Origin: Candidatus Eiseniibacteriota bacterium
Lineage (GTDB): Bacteria; Eisenbacteria; RBG-16-71-46
DNA length: 18,970 nucleotides
Reading direction: 5' to 3'
Assembly (NCBI GenBank): GCA_031364845.1
Contig: JANLWX010000048.1
Span: forward strand, 1-18,970
Under the pieces are notes generated by a model. The model worked only from the letters and a program-made list of their open reading frames with translations. It was not told the DNA's origin and did not search any database. A program made the position numbers and the translations under genes. Positions 15,131-18,970 of this stretch are shown here, piece after piece; positions within the stretch are counted from its first letter, which is position 1, and every line of letters begins with the position of its first letter.

Positions 15131-16675
15131 GTGAAACAGACGATCGTCATCAACGCCGATTCCTACGAGACACGCATCGCGATTCTCGAGGATGGGGAAC
15201 TCGCCGAGCTTCTGGTGGAGCGCGCCGAACAGCGCCGCCACGTCGGTGACATCTACAAGGGCCGCGTCAACGCCGTGCTCCCGGGCATGCAGGCTGCGTT
15301 CGTGGATCTCGGCCTGCTCAAAACCGGCTTCCTCCATGCGTCCGATCTCGCCGAGTCGCTCGGTGAGCTCGAGGACATCTCCGACCTGGAGGAGAACGGC
15401 GACAAGCGCCGACGCCGCGCTCCGGTGCCCAAGATCGAGGACCACCTCAAGAAGGGGCAGGAGATCATGGTGCAGATCACGAAGGAGTCGATCGGAACCA
15501 AAGGCCCGCGCGTCACCCAGCAGCTGAGCCTGCCGGGACGCTTCTGCGTGCTGATGCCGGGCGTCGATCACGTCGGCGTGTCGCGCCGCATCGAGGATCG
15601 CTCGGAGCGCCAGCGCATCAAGGCGATCATCAACGACTTGAAGCCCAAGAATGTCGGGCTGATCGCCCGTACCGCGGGCGAAGGGAAGGGCGACGTCGAC
15701 TTCGCCGCCGACGTGAAGCACCTCACCAAGATGTGGCAGAAGCTCGACCGCAAGTCGGCCTCGGTGCGCGCTCCCGCCCTCGTCCATCGTGAACTCGAGA
15801 TGACGGCGAGCCTGATCCGCGACCTTTTCACCGACGAGGTCGACGAGGTGTGGATCGACGACAAGGACGCGTTCGCCGAGATCCAGGCGTATCTGAAGGC
15901 GGTGTCGCCCGAGCTGCGCGACCGGGTCCAGCTCCACAAAGGTCCCGACCCGATCTTCGATGCGTTCGAGATCGAGCCGCAGATCGAGAAGACCTTCGAG
16001 CGCAAGGTGTGGCTCAAGAAGGGCGGCTACATCTGCATCGATCACACCGAAGCGCTGGTGGCGATCGACGTGAACACCGGACGGTTCTCCGGCAAGAAGA
16101 ACCAGGAAGAGACGATCTTCCGCACCAACATGGAGGCCGCGCACGAGGTGCCGCGCCAGCTGCGTCTGCGCGACATCGGCGGCATCATCGTGGTCGACTT
16201 CATCGACATGGAGATCGAGGCCAACAAGCGCGCAGTGCTGGACGAGATCCGCACCGAGCTGCGCAAGGACCGCGCGCGTACCAAGGCGTTCGCCGTGTCG
16301 GACCTGGGCCTGATCGAGATGACCCGCCAGCGGGAGCGCTCGAGCCTGCTGCACTACTACACCGAGGACTGTCCTCACTGCGGCGGGCTCGGCAAGGTGC
16401 CGTCGCACGAGACCATGCTGGTCAAGCTCGAGCGCGCGATGCGCCGGGTTCGCTCGCTCGGCACCGAGAAGCGGGTCACCGTGAAGGTGGCACCCGAGAT
16501 CGCGCTCTACTTCGTGGAGCAGGAGGGACGCCGCTTCTCGGAACTCGAGAAGCGCTTCCGGCTCTCGGTCGACCTCAAGGACGATCCGCAGTTGAAGCGC
16601 GGCGAAATGAAGATCTACACCGAGAAGAAGGAAGATATTTCGAAGCAGGTGGTCGGAGCGGTTCCCGGCACGTAG
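15131..16675 (+). CDS. Ribonuclease E/G (Rne/Rng family)
   Basis: GDIYKGRV..VLPGMQAAFVD.G (S1 domain), VQITKE.IGTKGPR, IDVNTG, RLRDIGGIIVVDFIDM, GLIEMTRQR and a CPHCGG Zn-link. No long C-terminal scaffold. Start GTG15128 or GTG15131. Confidence 0.96.
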   Translation: MKQTIVINADSYETRIAILEDGELAELLVERAEQRRHVGDIYKGRVNAVLPGMQAAFVDLGLLKTGFLHASDLAESLGELEDISDLEENGDKRRRRAPVPKIEDHLKKGQEIMVQITKESIGTKGPRVTQQLSLPGRFCVLMPGVDHVGVSRRIEDRSERQRIKAIINDLKPKNVGLIARTAGEGKGDVDFAADVKHLTKMWQKLDRKSASVRAPALVHRELEMTASLIRDLFTDEVDEVWIDDKDAFAEIQAYLKAVSPELRDRVQLHKGPDPIFDAFEIEPQIEKTFERKVWLKKGGYICIDHTEALVAIDVNTGRFSGKKNQEETIFRTNMEAAHEVPRQLRLRDIGGIIVVDFIDMEIEANKRAVLDEIRTELRKDRARTKAFAVSDLGLIEMTRQRERSSLLHYYTEDCPHCGGLGKVPSHETMLVKLERAMRRVRSLGTEKRVTVKVAPEIALYFVEQEGRRFSELEKRFRLSVDLKDDPQLKRGEMKIYTEKKEDISKQVVGAVPGT

Positions 16676-16703
16676 GCATCACGCTTCGAACCGATGGGAA
16701 GCA

Positions 16704-16744
16704 GACGGGCGCCGCGGAGCGGGAATCCGAGGCGCCCGTTTCAT
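16704..16744. terminator. Probable terminator between convergent genes
   Basis: Stem ACGGGCGCC-g-CGGA / TCCG-a-GGCGCCCGT followed by TTCAT, about 30 nt after the RNase stop. Confidence 0.7.
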
Positions 16745-16799
16745 GTCTACGCCACGTTCATGGCTCCACTGCGCCCGCCGTCGGCCCTCCTTCAACCTG

Positions 16800-17357
16800 T
16801 CAGGGCATGATCTTGCGAAAGCTCAGCGGCCGCTGCAGCCGTTCGAAACCGCTGCGCGAGGGATCGTCCATGCTGGCGATCACGCGCTCGAGGCGGCGGG
16901 TCGAATTGAGATCGTCGACCACCGAGTTGGACGGCGGTGGCCCGTCGACCAGCAGCACCAGCCGCAGGCGGCCCTCGATGTAGTTCCACAACTCGGTCGA
17001 AGCGCGCGACGGCGGATAGCCGGGCAGCAGCACGACCACGTCCGCCTCGGGCGGCACGCCGCTCAATGCCGAGACCATCGTCACGTCCGACGGCCACGCG
17101 TCGAGCGACAGCACGACGTGCGCGAGGGCGCGCACCTGGCGCAAGTCGTTGACCTCACCCGCGTCGGGCAGATGTCCGAAGTGCACGGTGGTTCCGATCT
17201 GCAGATCGGTGCGGTCGAGCAGCAGCGGATACTCGCCGGGCGCCGAGGATCTTGCGGAAGAGTTGCCCGAGTCCTGCGCCGTCAACGGCGGACCGCTCGC
17301 CATGCATCCGATCAGCATTCCAGCCGCGAGCAGTGCTGCGATCTTCCATGCGTTCAT
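16800..17357 (-). CDS. Hypothetical lipoprotein (185 aa)
   Basis: GAGGAG SD before ATG17357; signal peptide MNAWKIAALLAAGMLIG|C with a lipobox; a TAGAAT -10-like hexamer at 17412-17417 on the minus strand. No family recognised. Confidence 0.75.
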   Translation of the reverse strand: MNAWKIAALLAAGMLIGCMASGPPLTAQDSGNSSARSSAPGEYPLLLDRTDLQIGTTVHFGHLPDAGEVNDLRQVRALAHVVLSLDAWPSDVTMVSALSGVPPEADVVVLLPGYPPSRASTELWNYIEGRLRLVLLVDGPPPSNSVVDDLNSTRRLERVIASMDDPSRSGFERLQRPLSFRKIMP

Positions 17358-17420
17358 GTCGTCTCCTCGTTTGCGGCCTGCGTGTGGCACCGGGGTGTGG
17401 CGCGTGAGTCGATTCTAGCC

Positions 17421-17460
17421 CAAACGAAAGAGGCGGGGCCGTGTGGCCCCGCCTCTTCGT
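17421..17460 (-). terminator. Rho-independent terminator of the secreted repeat protein gene
   Basis: 11-bp perfect stem GAGGCGGGGCC / GGCCCCGCCTC with a 4-nt loop, followed on the minus strand by TTTCGTTT. Confidence 0.9.
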
Positions 17461-17481
17461 GATCTACAGCTTTGAGTGGGT

Positions 17482-18969
17482 TCAGCGAACCATCGTCAGT
17501 CGCTTCACGAACTGCGTGCTGCCGCTCTGGAAGCGGACGAAGTACGCGCCCGCCGGGACCAGGCCGCGGCTGCCGTGACCGTTCCACGTCGCCGAGTAAC
17601 GACCCGGCGTGTACGTGCCTTCGATCACCGACGCCACTTCACGACCCTGAACGTCGAGCACGCGCACATTGACCTTCGCCGTGCGCGGCACCGTGAACTC
17701 GAGCGAGACCGCTCCGTTGCTCGGAATCGGTCCCATGCGCGTGAACGCGAACTCGGTGATGCGCTCACCCGCAGTGGCCTTGAGCGGTCCGAACACGGCC
17801 TGCTGTCCGTTCCGAAGCGTGGTCGCCAGGCGGTACTGATACTCCTGCCCGGCGGTCGCCGTCTCGTCGGTGACGACCGTGATGCCTTCCACGATCCGTA
17901 CCGCGCCTTCGACACGCGCCCATGAGGTCCCCTCGACGCCGCTGCGCTCGAGCGTGACCTGGGCGAACTGCTCGGGCGAAGCGAGCTGCCAGCGGACTTC
18001 GACACCCTCGACGACCGGGTTGGCAACGAAGGTCGAAACCAGCGTCGCGACCGAACCGTCGATGGCCCACTCGGCGTCGCTGACATCCTCGCCGACGTTG
18101 GTCGCACCGTCGGTCGCCACGACCTTCAGGATCGCATGGAACGTGAACGGTCCCGTGACGAGCCAGTCATAGGTTCCGTCGTTCGGCTCGCCGAGCGCGA
18201 TGGTCTCGTACGGACCGCCGACACCATTGCGGGACAGGAGCAGATCGACCGTCGTCACGCCGCTTCCGGCATCGGACGCCGTCCAGATGATCTTGTGCAC
18301 GGCGTCGACGAGATACGACTCGCCGCCGTTCGGAACCGAGACCGTGACGGCGGGTGCCGTCTGGTCCGTGAACGTCGCTGTGAGGCTCTTGTTGCCGTCC
18401 ATGATGACCGTGAGCGGGTTGTCGGTGCTGGTCACGTCACCGCTCCAGCCCACGAACGTGTATCCGGCCGCCGGCGTCGCCGCCAGCATGACGCTGGTTC
18501 CGTGATCATAGGCCGCCTGATTCGGATCCTTCGCCACGCTGCCGCTTCCGACGACCGTGACATTCAGCGTGTAGGTGTTGATCGCGAACGTCGCCGTGAG
18601 GGACGTGTTGGCGGTCATGGTCACCGACAGCGGGTTGTCGGTGCTGGTCACGTCGCCGCTCCACCCGACGAAGTGCCAGCCGCTCGCCGGCGTCGCGGTC
18701 AGGTTGACCTTGGTGCCGTCGTCGTACGTGGCCTGATCGGGGCTCTTCGCCACGGTGCCGTTGCCGACGATCGCGACATCCAGCGTGTAGGTATTGATGG
18801 CGAACGTCGCGGTGAGCGAGGTGTTCGCGCTCATCACCACCGACAGCGGATTGTCGGTGCTGGTCACGTCGCCGCTCCATCCGACGAAGTGCCAGCCGCT
18901 CGCCGGCGTCGCGGTCAGGTTGAACTTTGTGCCGTCGTCGTACGTGGCCTGATCGGAAAACATTGCCAC
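17482..18969 (-). CDS. Secreted/surface protein, 5'-truncated: InlB B-repeat-like (Flg_new-type) repeats, an Ig-like domain, and a C-terminal FlgD-Ig/T9SS-like sorting domain
   Basis: Repeats YTL.V...G.G.V...P....Y..GT.V.L.ATP..G..FVGWSGD; then P.VTV..PNGGE...W; C-terminal V.VLDVQGREV......PG.YS.TWNG.......AGAYFVR. The frame is open at the window edge. Confidence 0.85.
   Translation of the reverse strand: MAMFSDQATYDDGTKFNLTATPASGWHFVGWSGDVTSTDNPLSVVMSANTSLTATFAINTYTLDVAIVGNGTVAKSPDQATYDDGTKVNLTATPASGWHFVGWSGDVTSTDNPLSVTMTANTSLTATFAINTYTLNVTVVGSGSVAKDPNQAAYDHGTSVMLAATPAAGYTFVGWSGDVTSTDNPLTVIMDGNKSLTATFTDQTAPAVTVSVPNGGESYLVDAVHKIIWTASDAGSGVTTVDLLLSRNGVGGPYETIALGEPNDGTYDWLVTGPFTFHAILKVVATDGATNVGEDVSDAEWAIDGSVATLVSTFVANPVVEGVEVRWQLASPEQFAQVTLERSGVEGTSWARVEGAVRIVEGITVVTDETATAGQEYQYRLATTLRNGQQAVFGPLKATAGERITEFAFTRMGPIPSNGAVSLEFTVPRTAKVNVRVLDVQGREVASVIEGTYTPGRYSATWNGHGSRGLVPAGAYFVRFQSGSTQFVKRLTMVR
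18370..18955 (-). repeat. Intragenic tandem repeat with a 216-bp (72-aa) unit, about 2.7 copies visible
   Basis: GTGCCAGCCGCTCGCCGGCGTCGCGGTCAGGTTGA occurs at 18673 and 18889 (216 apart). TTGTCGGTGCTGGTCACGTC occurs three times at 216-nt spacing. Confidence 0.92.
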
Positions 18970-18970
18970 G

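Noticed and set aside
405..16408. Many long antisense or alternate-frame ORFs (e.g. 12157-14496 -, 14924-16408 -, 8595-10097 -, 10203-11600 -, 5401-6573 -)
   Set aside because: They are shadows of well-supported genes in high-GC DNA, where stop codons are scarce. They have no recognisable motifs or ribosome-binding sites.
18370..18955. 216-bp periodic repeats considered as a CRISPR array or mobile-element repeat
   Set aside because: They are in-frame protein domain repeats with no unique spacers, and no cas or transposase genes are present.
18920..18970. ORF-track start 'MAMFSDQ' and deviations from the repeat consensus (VAMFSDQ vs VAKSPDQ; KFN vs KVN)
   Set aside because: This is not a real start, because the gene continues beyond the window. 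The deviations cluster at the sequence edge and may be low-quality end bases.

Overview
High-GC bacterial chromosomal window of mostly core genes. The FlgD-Ig/T9SS-like C-terminal domain, the GlmU lacking its acetyltransferase domain and the UvrA2-type paralogue suggest an FCB-superphylum lineage such as Ca. Eisenbacteria; this is inference only. Gene order: 3' end of panB, panC, GlmU-like nucleotidyltransferase, HIT protein, LytR_C membrane protein, tatA, bidirectional terminator, ppiD-like chaperone (-), PAS histidine kinase and sigma54-dependent NtrC-family response regulator, an intergenic regulatory region, uvrA paralogue, eIF-2B alpha/beta/delta-like protein (-), TIGR03960-type radical SAM fused to DUF2344, RNase E/G, a hypothetical lipoprotein (-), and the 3' part of a secreted repeat protein (-). 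The most notable element is absent from the ORF track. Between the response regulator and uvrA lies what looks like a complete sigma54 transcription unit: a palindromic candidate enhancer, an IHF-like site, a -24/-12 promoter, a structured leader, a strong Shine-Dalgarno, a 21-aa histone-H1-like lysine-rich micropeptide (MPAKKKATKKKAAKKAGKKKK) and a terminator. No mobile elements, CRISPR arrays, tRNA or rRNA genes were recognised.
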